From contig NC_045696.1 in the NCBI RefSeq assembly GCF_009834535.1, positions 102,054,001 through 102,118,000 of the forward strand: 64,000 bases of DNA. The letters are read 5' to 3'. Below the pieces are notes generated by a model. The model did not search any database, was not told where the DNA came from, and saw only the letters and a program-made list of their open reading frames with translations. This stretch comes from Camelus ferus. Taxonomy: Eukaryota. Made by a program: the position numbers and the translations under genes. Positions within the stretch are counted from its first letter, which is position 1, and each line of letters starts with the position of its first letter. Shown here piece by piece: positions 27,198-38,982 of this stretch.

Positions 27198-28577
27198 AAA
27201 CTATTGAGATTGAAACTATCCATAAAATGTGAACAAATAAATAAGGAAAGATACTTATCCAAGGGAAATGTCTCAGTATAGAAATCAGAAGTCTCGATGC
27301 AGATTATAGTCTTCGTGTTGCTTCCAGAGCCTGTTGGTGCTGGGCTTTCCCACTGCAGACTGGGCTCCATGTAATGGTCTGTTTCACATGCTTTCACGGG
27401 CAGGGATGTGTCTCTTCTGACAGCTAACAGGCCTGGTCCACACAGCTGTCTCCAAACTAACAGCAATTCCCTTGCTTATCTCTAGCAATTCAAAAAACTG
27501 CCTTTTCCAGTAGATCTATTCATAGCTTGATCAAGACTATTTTTTTTTAAGTTGCATTCTTTTTAAAAAATACTGAGAAAGACTAAGATGGCATACTTAA
27601 AAATCATCCAAGCAGTTGAGCCTTCTGGAACATTTTATTTTGAAACATTTTTGCAACATGTCTTTAGGTGTGGAGCTTTAATAGTGTGAAACAAGCTCAT
27701 GAAATTTAAAATCAGTATGTGTATCACAAGCATTCGATAAAGTGAGTGTGTGGAGCACTGTGTAGGGCATTTCCCCAAATTCTCTTTTACCCAGTGCTTT
27801 CTGTTAGCATAAGTGACATGACTTTCATCCTGTGATACTCTACTCTTTGAAGGCAGGTCACGGATTTTTACCTTTGTATCCTCCATAGCATAAGCACTCT
27901 GCTTTTTAAAGAATAGCACCAAGTAGATGTCTGTTGGAATCAATGTTATCAACAATTTGGCTTTTTATATGGCAGTTCTGCTTCTGCCCATCCCTGTGGC
28001 CCAGGCTGCCCCTAACCACAGACTGACCCCAGGAAGGCATTTCACTCGGATCTACCATCTTCATGGCATTGCATGGGCTGGACTTCACTGAACTCCCTCT
28101 CCCCATTAGACTACGTCTTTCCTGTCTTCTGAGCCACCTGAAATACTTTCTAGGAAGTGCTGCTAGAATGTACCACTCTGTGAGACTATGGTGGTGCTTT
28201 TGCTTTCATTTTTTATCCTCCCAGTTAATATAGTTATAACTAGTTAGTTATAATAATATAATAACAATGTCAATAGCTATCATCAATAGAAGAGTGCCTG
28301 GAACTTAGTAGATGCACACTGATTATTTACTTATTATAATTACCAGTGATAATGACCATTGTTAGTAATATAACAAAATATATTGAGCTCGTACTGAAAT
28401 GGTCTCCCTTTTTTTGCCTTTTTTTGTTATTATCTCAGGGAAGCTATTGGATATATAGTAATTTTGTGTCCAGGAATTGATTTGGAGTGAATAAGTCATT
28501 TACTTTCTTTAAAAAAAGAACAGTGTGTACAGGGGGGTGTGTGTTTCTCCTGATTTCAAACAATTCAAAAGCTTTAC

Positions 28578-28805
28578 AGAATAGTGGTTATGTTGGCTTT
28601 GGCATCCAAAAGCCTGGGTTCAGAAGCTAACTTCTGTGACCTTAGGAAACTTATTTAACCTCTCTGAATCTTAATTTTCTCCTTTGTAAAAAGGAATAAT
28701 TATAGTACCTAACTCATAGAATTGTAAGGATTGGATGACACAATAAACGTCTCTTGTGTCACATAACAGCACTCACTAATGTGCATTGCTATTTTTTATT
28801 ATGAC
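28578..28805 (+). mobile_element. MIR SINE
   Basis: atagtggtta...ggctttggcatccaaaagcctgggttc...tgtgaccttaggaaacttatttaacctctctgaatctt...tgtaaaaaggaataattatagtacctaactcatag. Confidence 0.8.
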
Positions 28806-29679
28806 TGTTATTTTAAAAGAACTGGAAAATGTGGAAAAGCAAAAAAGAAAAGTCACATTTAATTCCATTATATAACCACTATTAACATCTTAGACTATAT
28901 GCTTCTAGTTTTTTATGTTTATGTGTGTGCCTAAGTATGTTTAATTTTTATAAAATTAGAAATTATTATTTATTACTTTATAATTTGCTTTATAAATTTA
29001 CTTTTCTGTGCCTAATATATACTGTCATACATGGTATTATTAGTTGCATATTTATCATATGTGTCTTCTGTAATTTATTCACTGGACATTTAGATTGCTT
29101 TGAATTTTTCATTAATAAATAATAGTAGTTTCTTGGCAAAATTTATAGGAAATCATTTAATAAACTGCAGAATATAAAAAAAAAATTTTAAATAAATTGT
29201 CAAATTGGCTTTTATAAAGACTTTAATTTTATTTCCATCAATAGTGTATGAGACTTCTAGTTTCCATATAACCTTGCTGAGCCTGGATAATATATATGGA
29301 TATACTTTTTCAATCTTACCCAATCTAATGAGTTCTATGCAATATAGGGCAAGTCATTTTAATGCTGAGCCTCAGATTCCCAACCCATAAAATTAACTAA
29401 TGAGTATAGAATTTAGAGATATGAGTCACAGGTCATCAAGTTATATTGATTCTAGAGCCTATTGATGCTCCATATTAGAAGTGTAGCTGAAATGAGAAAG
29501 GGCTGTGGTGACACTTGGTTAACATGCAAAGAGACTGAAGGGGGTGACTATGGGAGAGCATTTCCCTGGTAAAGTCAGGACTGTCCAGATCTCCCAATGT
29601 TCATCAGACATGCAGTCTAATTCAAAGAGTGATGTGGGCAACATGTATAATTAATATTTATGATTATTTTTATTGCCAC

Positions 29680-29825
29680 TTATCTTGCTATAAAATGCAG
29701 GCTCTGCAGGCACAGGAATCTTTGTCTTGTTCACTGATGTATTTTAAGTACCTGGCACAGAGCCTGACACATAGTGGGGGTTCAATAATAAATGTCTATT
29801 GAATAAACAAATAAGCTGAATGAAA
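29680..29825 (+). mobile_element. L2 3' terminus
   Basis: gcagggcacaggaatctttgtcttgttcactgatgta...cctggcacagagcctgacacatagtggggg...ttgaataaacaaat. Confidence 0.75.
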
Positions 29826-30221
29826 CTAACCTATACCTGTCCAGAGGCTGTACACCTTGTTAACCAACAGAATTGCCTCCCCGGGATGAATGTAGGTGAC
29901 CCGCCATGATTGTGCCTCTTGCCAGAAACCATTGCTGTGTCCCATCACAGAGTCTTTCTCAGTTATGTTAATACCTGCAGTCTGGTTAAGATTCAGGCTT
30001 TCTTATGGGAATCCACACTCTTCACAGCAATGTTGGGTCTCCGTGCTCCAACCCATTATAAATTGTCTTAATAGTTCAACTCAGAAGGTAGTATTATTTC
30101 CAAGTTCTTAGGAATACTCCATTACTGCCCCTTTGTACTACCTAGAACAACCACCTTATGGCCTAGTTGAGAGTACATTATATGAGATAACATATAATGT
30201 AAAACATAGAACTGTTTGTCA

Positions 30222-30680
30222 GGCAATCTGATGTGGTGGTTAAAAGCATGGGAACTGGAGTCAAATAATGCAGTTCAAATCTGGGTTCAGCAATTTAACA
30301 ACTGTGTTACCTTGAGCAAGTTACTTTATCACCCAGTATTCAGTTTTCTCATCTGTAAAATGCAAATAGTACCTGCCTTATAGGATCAATGCATGGATGA
30401 AATGAGTTAAAACTTGTGAAGTAGAAATAGTAAGTGACTATTACCTAATGATAATTATTATTAGCAATAATAATAATAATCTCATTGAGAATTCATTATG
30501 TGTCAAAACCCAAGTTTATATTACTTAAAATAATCTTTAAAACAACTCTATGGGCTAACCATTACTATTATCCCTACCTCATGCTTAAGGCTATTGAGGC
30601 TCAGAAAGTTTTAGTAATGCCCTAAAATCACATAGGTAGTGAGTAGTAGAAACTGGATTTAAATGCAGATGTGTCTAAAA
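30222..30680. mobile_element. Two MIRs tail-to-tail (plus ~30222-30470, minus ~30480-30680)
   Basis: gtggtggttaaaagcatgggaactggagtc...cagttttctcatctgtaaaatg, an AT-rich junction, then attgaggctcagaaagttttagtaatgccc...ggatttaaatgcagatgtgtct. Confidence 0.75.
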
Positions 30681-31670
30681 TAGTCTCTCACGGAGAAATC
30701 TTTAACAGAATTTGAAACATCTACATTCTCATTGACGTTACAATTTCTAATATCTGATTTACACTCTTTTTAGTCATGCTCACAGCCCTAGAACATTTTT
30801 CAACAAACTTTTTTTTTAACATTTTTTTTTCATTCAACAAACTAACTTTAAATGCATGTGAATACTTGAACACCATCTATTGGTCTGAGGGTCTGTAGTT
30901 TCTAAGGATTCTTACACTCACTTTTAGTGATTTTATTATGGTCCAGTTCAGCAATTTCTGTATTTCCTCGAGTAGGATTTAGCAAAATCAGTCAGTTAAA
31001 TAATTAAATACAATTTATAAGCTGTAGAAGGGCAAATCGCATGAAAAAAACATCTTTCCTTGCAAGGTCAAATGTAACCTTTTCAAGATTCATTTTCAAC
31101 AGCGTGTTGAAGTTACGGGTACTCTAACCTAGCAGTGATTCTCCACCTGGTGTGGAAGTGTCTTGACACCAGCAGTAGTACAGACTCATCTGTTGTACAT
31201 TAGCTGGTTGACATGGTCCCCTGTGAGCAGATAATATCCATCTCATCGCATTGAGAGACTTGAAATTTTAACCCTTTTCAGACATCTCCTAGCAGACAAA
31301 ACAACCTGAAAAAAGCAAGCCATCTACAGTTGTCAAGCCAGCCACCACATTTGTGGGCCTGATTTGCTATGCCATATTTGACAGATTATTTTTTGTATCT
31401 TTGAGACTTATCTTGTTTTCATTGAAATATACTCTAAAATGTTCTGTTACCTTTGCCAAGTGAAGGAGTTGTGATGTTTGGTAAAAGTGTCTTTCATAGT
31501 CAAGAGATTTAGACAATGTACTGAGAACTAGTATGGCCACGAATTGGTAGAGTAGTGGTAACTTGGCAATGATCCTTATTCAGGAAGCACATTAGAATGT
31601 TAGCTATGATTGCATGGGTTTATACAGGATTCAACTTAAGGTTTGAAGATCATATTTTTCTCTTCAACAG

Positions 31671-31786
31671 GTTAATTATTTATGGCTTTGTGAAGGCTAT
31701 GGTATATGCTGACCAGCTGAAAAATGGAGACTTTCATTTCACTGACTGTTTGTTTTTTGGTTCACTGATGTCTGCTACAGATCCAG
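31671..31786 (+). CDS. SLC9A9: Internal coding exon of sodium/hydrogen exchanger 9 (NHE9), probably orthologous to human exon 5
   Basis: Acceptor tttttctcttcaacAG|G at 31670/31671 and donor CCAG|GTAATT at 31786/31787. The exon is 116 nt, phase 2 in and phase 1 out. It translates as (G)[38 protein letters not shown](V), matching NHE9 as I recall it, including the SATDP motif of the CPA1 ion-binding region. It lies within ORF-track entry 31597..31818. The exon number is from memory. Confidence 0.95.
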
Positions 31787-32814
31787 GTAATTGCCCAAAT
31801 AATGTTTTCTTCTTTTAAGAGTCAAACATGTAAATTGAATGTTTCTTTAAAGACCATCACCTGAGCCTGCATAATAATAATTCCTTATTCCTCTTCATTT
31901 GCAATTGACATACATGTTAGTGATTACAAAAAAAAAAATAAGAAAAGAAACAGGTGAACTTTCTAACAGCTCTCAAAAAATGGTTTTGAAAGCAATTTTA
32001 GTAATGGGAAAGACTCTTTAAAATTCATTATAGTTTATTTCTCTAGAATATGCAGCCATTTTGAACTATGGTCCTTAATTTTTCTCTGTTTAACTTCTTT
32101 CAAAAATGATTTGCTGAATTAAATAGTAAAAAATATTTTTAGAAAATTATTTACTATGTAACTTTTGAAACTAAGAGAGAATAGTAAAAAGATTTATCAT
32201 ATATACTTCAAATCAAATTGTGATAATTATCAAATATGATCAATATTTTTATCTATACCCTCTTGTACTATTCCCAGTGTGACTGAATTATGTTAAAGCA
32301 AATCCCAGACATCATATTTTATTTGTAAATATTTTGAAAAACTACCATTGTCAATATGAAACCTAAAAATATTAATAATCATTTAAAAAATATTATCAAA
32401 GAGCTAGCCTCTGTTCAGATATCCCCAATAGTCTTTTTGTCATTATCATCATCATTATCAGTTTGAGTAGTAATGTGTACAAATTAGGACCCAAATAAGG
32501 GCTACACATTACAATTGATGGTTATGACTATTGAGTTTCTTTTAATCTATATGTTCCTCCTCTCTTCTATTTTTCTTGTCACTTATTTGTTAGGGGGGAA
32601 AAAGGCAATTTTTCTTGTGGTTGAATTAAATATGGTACTTAAAGTGTTTCTCTATCCTCTGTATTTCTTGTAAACTGTTGATTAAATCTAGAGGTTTAAT
32701 CAGATTCAGGTTCCTCTTTTTTGGCAAGATTACTTGCTTACTATGAGTCTTTATAGAATCATATCGGAAAGTGTGTAGTGTTTAGTGACTCAGCTGTCAG
32801 CCTGATCCATCACA

Positions 32815-33357
32815 TTACTGAATTGCTACTCCAGCAAAGACCACCAAAACGCACCTGTAGTTGAACAAGATGTGTTTATTGTAGTGAAGAGACTGCTCAC
32901 CAGAGAAACAATGGGATCTCTCAGAGGGTGTTAGAAAGGACTTGTTATAGGACTTGGGCTTATGCTTAGTGATTTTAGGGAGAGCTTAAGGAATTGGGGC
33001 TTTGCTCTGGATTAGATGCTGTCTGGAAGCATGAGTAATTGGGCATTTTAGTAAGTCTTATCCGGTAGGAGGAAAGACTGAATAGAGCCTAAGGCTACAA
33101 ATGGTAAAGAAGCAGCGCCATTTATAATAGCCAAGGTAGGGGGATCTTTGGTCAATTTTGTTGTTTGGACAGTGTTCATTATTTGTGTTTATGCAGATAT
33201 GATTATGTAGTAGTCTTATTTTTGTCTTGATCCATGCTCACAGAGTGAACTTGTCTGATGTTTTCTGTGAAATTATTTACATTCAGCAGAAGAACAAGGC
33301 CCAGCTAATATACCAGGCCAGCTCGTAAGTGCCAGGAGCTGCTTTTCTCTTTCTTAG
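32815..33357 (-). mobile_element. ERV1-class solo LTR (MER110/MER90-like)
   Basis: caaagaccacc...cacctgtagttgaacaagatgtgtttattg...gagggtgttagaaaggacttgttataggacttgggc...ggggctttgctctggattagatgctgtc. Embedded in ancient L1M-like sequence, with a MER5A1-like piece at ~33365-33510. Subfamily recalled, not searched. Confidence 0.55.
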
Positions 33358-34480
33358 AATAGCCCTCTGACCAGCAGTATTGATTGGCACCATGTGGTAG
33401 CTTGTTATAAAGCAGAGTCTCAAGCTCAACCCCAGAACTACTAAATCAAATTCTAGAATTTAACAATATCCTCAAGTGATTTATATACACATTAAAGTTT
33501 GAGAACCACATTTCAGACTTCCCCATTTTAGCGAACGGCTTTAGAACCAATTGATGCTTACTGCTTAGTCTAGTATTATTAGTGGTTACAAACTAGTGGT
33601 ATGCTAATTTTATCCTACCTTTTGCATGTATTACCTGGTATTCTCTTAAAAGAAACAATTTTCCAGATCCATTATTTGAGTGCTCTGTGATATTATCTGA
33701 GGAAAAAATCAGGATAAATTATTTATTTTTTCTGTTTATTTACTAATTTTCTGTTTTCAAAATAATGAGTTATTTCCCTAGCATCCTCCACATATGACTA
33801 AGGATATGGGTGGGGTTGGCTTTTTATGAGTGTCATATCAACACATGGATTTAAACATAGTTGATATGTTATAATCTACTACTGTAGTTATACTTTTTTG
33901 ATGATCAAAATATTCCATCTTTGACAACCAGGAGCCTTTTCAAGTTTCTCCTGCATCCTTTTGTCATGAACCCAATGGTCTTTCATAGATTTCTTGTTTT
34001 GGAAAAACATTAGGTGTTCCAACCTTATCTTGTATGTTTCCTGTACTCTGACATAGACCAGACATTTCTCCAAGAGGCTTGGTTCTTTCTAAGAGGGAAA
34101 TGTATCTAAAGACCAAAATGTGGGCACTAGGCATTCTCATTGCTACTGGATTGCTCATTGTTTCTAGATATTTTTATTTGTTTTGAAGGAGAAATAATAT
34201 CACAAATTCATATTAATATTTTTAGTTCCAATTTAGGATTTCAGGAATTTTACTTAACTGCCTTGAATTTTTATTTGCATTTATATTTTTCTTCTTCCTA
34301 CTTTTCTTCTTTCTATTACATTAATATAATTTCTTACTTCCTTTAAATATATTTTTTCAACAGTATAATACACATTACTACTAAAATATGATTATTGAAA
34401 ACTGCTTTAGAGTTCATTGTGGTTCTTTTTAACCTTTGTACATATGACAGTAGGATGAGCAGTTTAAAATTACTCTGTTT

Positions 34481-35994
34481 TACAAAAGACCCTGAATAGC
34501 CAAAACAGTCTTGAAAAAGGAGAATGGAGCTGGGGGAGTCATGCTTCCTGAATCCAGACTATATTAAAAGGTACAGTAATCAAAACAGTATGGTATGGCA
34601 CAAAAACAGACACATAGATCAATGGAACAGGATAAAGTCCAGAAATAAACCCACATACTTATGGTCTATGATATATTAATCTATGACAAAGGAGACAAGA
34701 ATATACATGGAGAAAAGATATTCTCTTCAACAAGTGGTGCTGGGAAAACTGGACAGCTACCTGTAGAAGACTGAAATTAGAACATCCTCTAAATACCTAA
34801 ATATAAGGCCAAATACTATAAAACTATAAAACTACTAAAGGAAGACATAAGCAGATCACTCTTTGACATAAATCATAGCAATAGTTTTTTTCAACCAGCT
34901 CCTAAAGTAAAGGAAATAAATTAAAAATTAAACAAATGGGATCTAATTAAACTTAAAAGATTTTGCATGGCTATAGATACCATCAACAAAACAAAAAGAC
35001 AACCTACAGAATAGGAGAAAATATTTGCAAATGATGTGACTGACAAGAGACTAATTTCCAAAATACACAAATAGTTCATACAGCTTAATATCAAAAAAAA
35101 GCAGCCTAGTCAAAAATGGGCAGAAAACCTAAATAGACATCTCTCCAAAGAAGACATCCAGTTAGCCAACAAGAACATGAAAAGATGCTCAACATCACTA
35201 ATTGTTAGAGAAATGCAAATCAAAAGTACAATAAGGTAACACCTCACACATGGTAAATTTTAAAAAGTCCACAAATGATAAATGCCGGAGAGGGTGTGGA
35301 GAAAAAGGAACCCTCCTACGCTGTTGGTGGGAATGTAAATTGGTGCAGCCACTATGGAGGACAGTATGGAGATTCCTCAAAAAACTAAAAATAGACTTAC
35401 CATATGATCCAGCAATCTCAGTCCTGAGCATATATCTGGAGGAAAATATATTTTGAAAAGATACATGCATCCCAGTGTTCAGAACAGCACTATTTATAAT
35501 AACCAAGACATGGAAACAACACAAATATCCATTGACAGATGACTGGATAAAGAAGATGTGGTATAATTATACAATAGACTATTACTCAGCCATAAAAAAA
35601 GAATAAAATAACACCATTTGCAGAAACATGGATAGACCTATATATAGTCATTCTAAGTGAAGTAAGCCAGAAAGAGAAAGAAAAATGCTATATGACTTCT
35701 TATATGTGGAATCTTAAAAAAAAAAAGAAAGACACAAATGAACTTATCTACAAAATAGAAACAGACTCAAAGACATAGTGAACAAACTTATGGTGACCAG
35801 TGGGTAAAGGGAGTGAGAAGGGATAAATTGAGAATTCAAAATTTGCACCTCTTGGGGAGTGATAGAAATGTTGGCTATTTTGATTGTGGTGGTGGTTCCA
35901 CAGGTATATATATTTATCAAAATTCATCAGATTATACATCTGAAATAAGTGTAGTTTACTGTAGAGGAATCATACCACAATAAAGGAATTTTTT
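34481..35994 (+). mobile_element. 5'-truncated L1 (ORF2 3' part and partial 3' UTR) with a foreign L1M-type 3' end, TSD-bounded
   Basis: Frameshifted ORF2 remnants, e.g. ORF 35250..35456 [32 protein letters not shown]. Perfect TSD aaaattactctgttt at 34466-34480 and 35995-36009. Confidence 0.92.
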
Positions 35995-36009
35995 AAAATT
36001 ACTCTGTTT

Positions 36010-36960
36010 AAAGAGTTCTTAAAATAATTCCTCTGTATGTTTAAGCTGCAGGTCAATATACAATAATGTTCATTTGTTTCATTTTGTTTTTAATTTTTGT
36101 TTTAAAATTATATTAAATATCTACAGAACTCCAAAATGAAAACCATAGAACTAAACAAGAGAAATCTAGCTTTTATCCCTATCACGTCTATCTTAATTTT
36201 CCCACCATTTTGATTGGTTTTTACTTTACCCTTCTACTTTTAAACCTAAGCAAATACACAAACATGAGCACACTCTACTGTATACTACTATACACATGGA
36301 TCTTCACCTTGCTCTTCTTTAGTTAACAGTGTTTTCAAGAATAATCCTTAGCAACATATAAAGATCTTTCTCATTCTCTTTTATAGCTGCAGAATACTTC
36401 ATAGTTTATTCAGCCTGTTGTCTGTTGATGGACATTTGGGTTCTTTCCTGTCTTTTGCATTACTAGTGGTGTCACAATTAATAACCTTAAAACTAATAGC
36501 TTTTCATATTTTGCCAGTGTTTCTTTAGGATAGATTTCTAAAAACAGTTTGAAATGTATATGTAATTTTCCTAGATGCCAAATTCCCTGCCGAAGGTTTG
36601 TACTATTTTGCTTTCACACCAGCCGTGTATGACAGTATCTGTTCTTCACAACCTTGCCAATTCAGAATTCTGTTACAATTTTGGGTTTTTATCCATACAA
36701 TAGGTGAGGATTTGTATCTCCCTGTGGTTTGACTTAGTACTTTTCTTGTTATGAGTAAGGTTGAACATTTGTTCATACATTTAGGCAACATGTGCATTTT
36801 TTTTTCCTGAAAATCAAATATTTATAAGATGCCCTTTTTCCAGTGAGGCTGTTGGTCTTTTATTCTTCAAGTTTTAGAAGCCCTTAATATATTAGGGATA
36901 TTAACCCTTTGTCTGTAATATCAGTTACAAGTATTTTTCCCAGTTTTTTACCTGTTTTAT
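36010..36960 (-). mobile_element. Ancient L1M (L1MC/ME-type) remnant
   Basis: tgttgatggacatttgggttctttcc, cttcacaaccttgccaa, ggttgaacatttgttcatacattta, ggatattaaccctttgtctg. The TSD of the younger L1 joins this to similar old L1 sequence at ~33520-34465. Confidence 0.65.
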
Positions 36961-38982
36961 TTCGCTTATGGGATGAAGGAGGAAAAAATATTTTTTAATG
37001 TATGATATTTACCTGTTTCCTGGAAGAGGATGAAATGAAAGTTTGTATCACATTTGAAACCCATGGTGTAAATTAGAGAATCAGAGCTCCAGAATGATGT
37101 ACATAAATAGACAACTCCATCTTCAGGCCTAGAGATGACCTGGCCACTAAGTCCTTGCTGAAACATTTTACACAACACTCTCTCAGCCCCAGGGAAATGC
37201 AGAAGTCCCTTGGCATCCATGGAAGTATGGACTTGAGATAAAATATTTTCAACCCATCAGTGATTTCTAGGGTTGTTCTCTTACGCCATTTATGGATACT
37301 TTGCTTCTCATGGTCAGGTCCCATTTTAGGTCACCTTTGCACAAATCTGCATGTTGAAAAGCATTGAATCCATTGTTTCCTGGTCCCAGCATTAATGGCT
37401 GAGTTGTTGCATTCTATTGAGTGATTCAGCCAGCTCCAAGCACAAAAGTGTGTTGTGTTAAAGCTTTGCTCCCTCTGTGTCTAGTGATGTTCCTGAGGTT
37501 ATGTTTACACAACACAAGAAGTCTGATTGAAATAGAAAAAAAATATCTAGCTTAGTAAGATGGTTACTTATCTGCATGGTGTCAAACAGCTGAGCTGACT
37601 GGATTTTTAAACACGGAATTGACTCACAGCCATAATGAGAATCCTGGGAACCAAGTAGGCTTTCCAAGTCTGGCACAGACCAGCTGTGCAACTTTGAGCA
37701 CCACTTAGCCTTTCTAGATTTTATGGGTTCTTGGAAGTGGAAGATATTCGATCTCATCTCTTCCAACCCCTTCATTTTATAGATGAAGAAACTGATATTT
37801 CATCTGTAAAATGAAAAGTTTCGACTAGAGCCCTTTCTGGCTCTAAAATTTCATGACAGTATCTGTCATGGTTCTTATTTCTGTGATACTGTTTTTTTTT
37901 TTTATTTTAAAATAAGCTTTTGTTTTAAAGAAAGTTAAAAGTCAACCCAGAGTCCCCCACCCAGACATTCTGGGGTTCTAACCCCAACTCAGCAAATGTT
38001 AGAGAAGATCTTATATAGCAGAGACCCACACATGAGCAGAAATACTTAAGCTCCTTTCTCTTCTGGGAGTTAATTGTTATATTAAAACACATTGAACCCA
38101 CTCTCTGCTAAATTGGTGCAATTTAAGATCTTCAACAACCTTTAAACACCTAGTTAATCTTACCCCACAATTATTCATTTATTGCCTAAATTATTGTGAC
38201 TCACTAATTTATGAAAGAGAACCTATGTTCTCCAGGTCTGATTTTTCTTGGCCTTCTTTAAATTAATTCTTTCCCATTTAGCCTTAGCTAAATCTTAGCT
38301 AAGTGTTATTAACTCTTCATATTTTTCTTTTATAGATACACATTTATATTTAAATCTAATTCTTCTTGCATGTTTCATACTCTCTTCAGCCAGTTTTCAG
38401 TTTATTTCCAATAAGGATGATTTGGCTATTATTTGATTGATTTTATCTCCTCCCTTTCTCACTGATGAAGATCTTGCTGGTGATGTAAAGGTCATCAGCA
38501 GCATTTGACAGAAAGAGTTTATAACTAAAGGCAGACCCCCCCACAAAAGACCATGTATGATAAATTACAGGGTAGGGGAAGAGAGAACTTCTTAGTGGGC
38601 CTGATCAATGAGCCAGCTCATCTTCAGTTGTGTTTAGACAAGGAAAATTTGGAGGATGGGGCAGGGGAGAGAAAAGATCAACAAAATGACAATAGAATAA
38701 ACTTCCCAACAACTAGAAATTGATGCTAGAGTTAATATCCCTCATTTTACAGATAGTCATAGCCCATTAGAGAACCTTCTGACCTCATACTACCCTCCTG
38801 TCTCTTTCAGCATTGACTTGGGTCCAAGTTTGGAAAATTTAGGTTATCCAAGATAATTATTTTTATTAATAAATCTGAAATGTCCCTTTATATGGGGTGG
38901 GTGAGATAGAGAGGTTTAGGGTATGTAAAGACACTTGGGAATCCCAGTGTACCTATGGGCTATTCTTGAACACACTAGTCTT

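Noticed and set aside
31130..31160. CTCF-like motif (acaccaggtggag on the minus strand)
   Set aside because: It mismatches key consensus positions, and a single weak motif is not enough support.
31597..31818. Whole 73-aa ORF as a standalone CDS
   Set aside because: Only 31671-31786 matches NHE9 and is bounded by canonical splice sites. The flanking residues are intronic read-through.
35198..35524. ORFs 35198..35524, 35250..35456, 40448..40642, 43635..44223 and 6050..6244 as genes
   Set aside because: They are sense or antisense readings of frameshifted, 5'-truncated L1 ORF2 and 3' UTR sequence.
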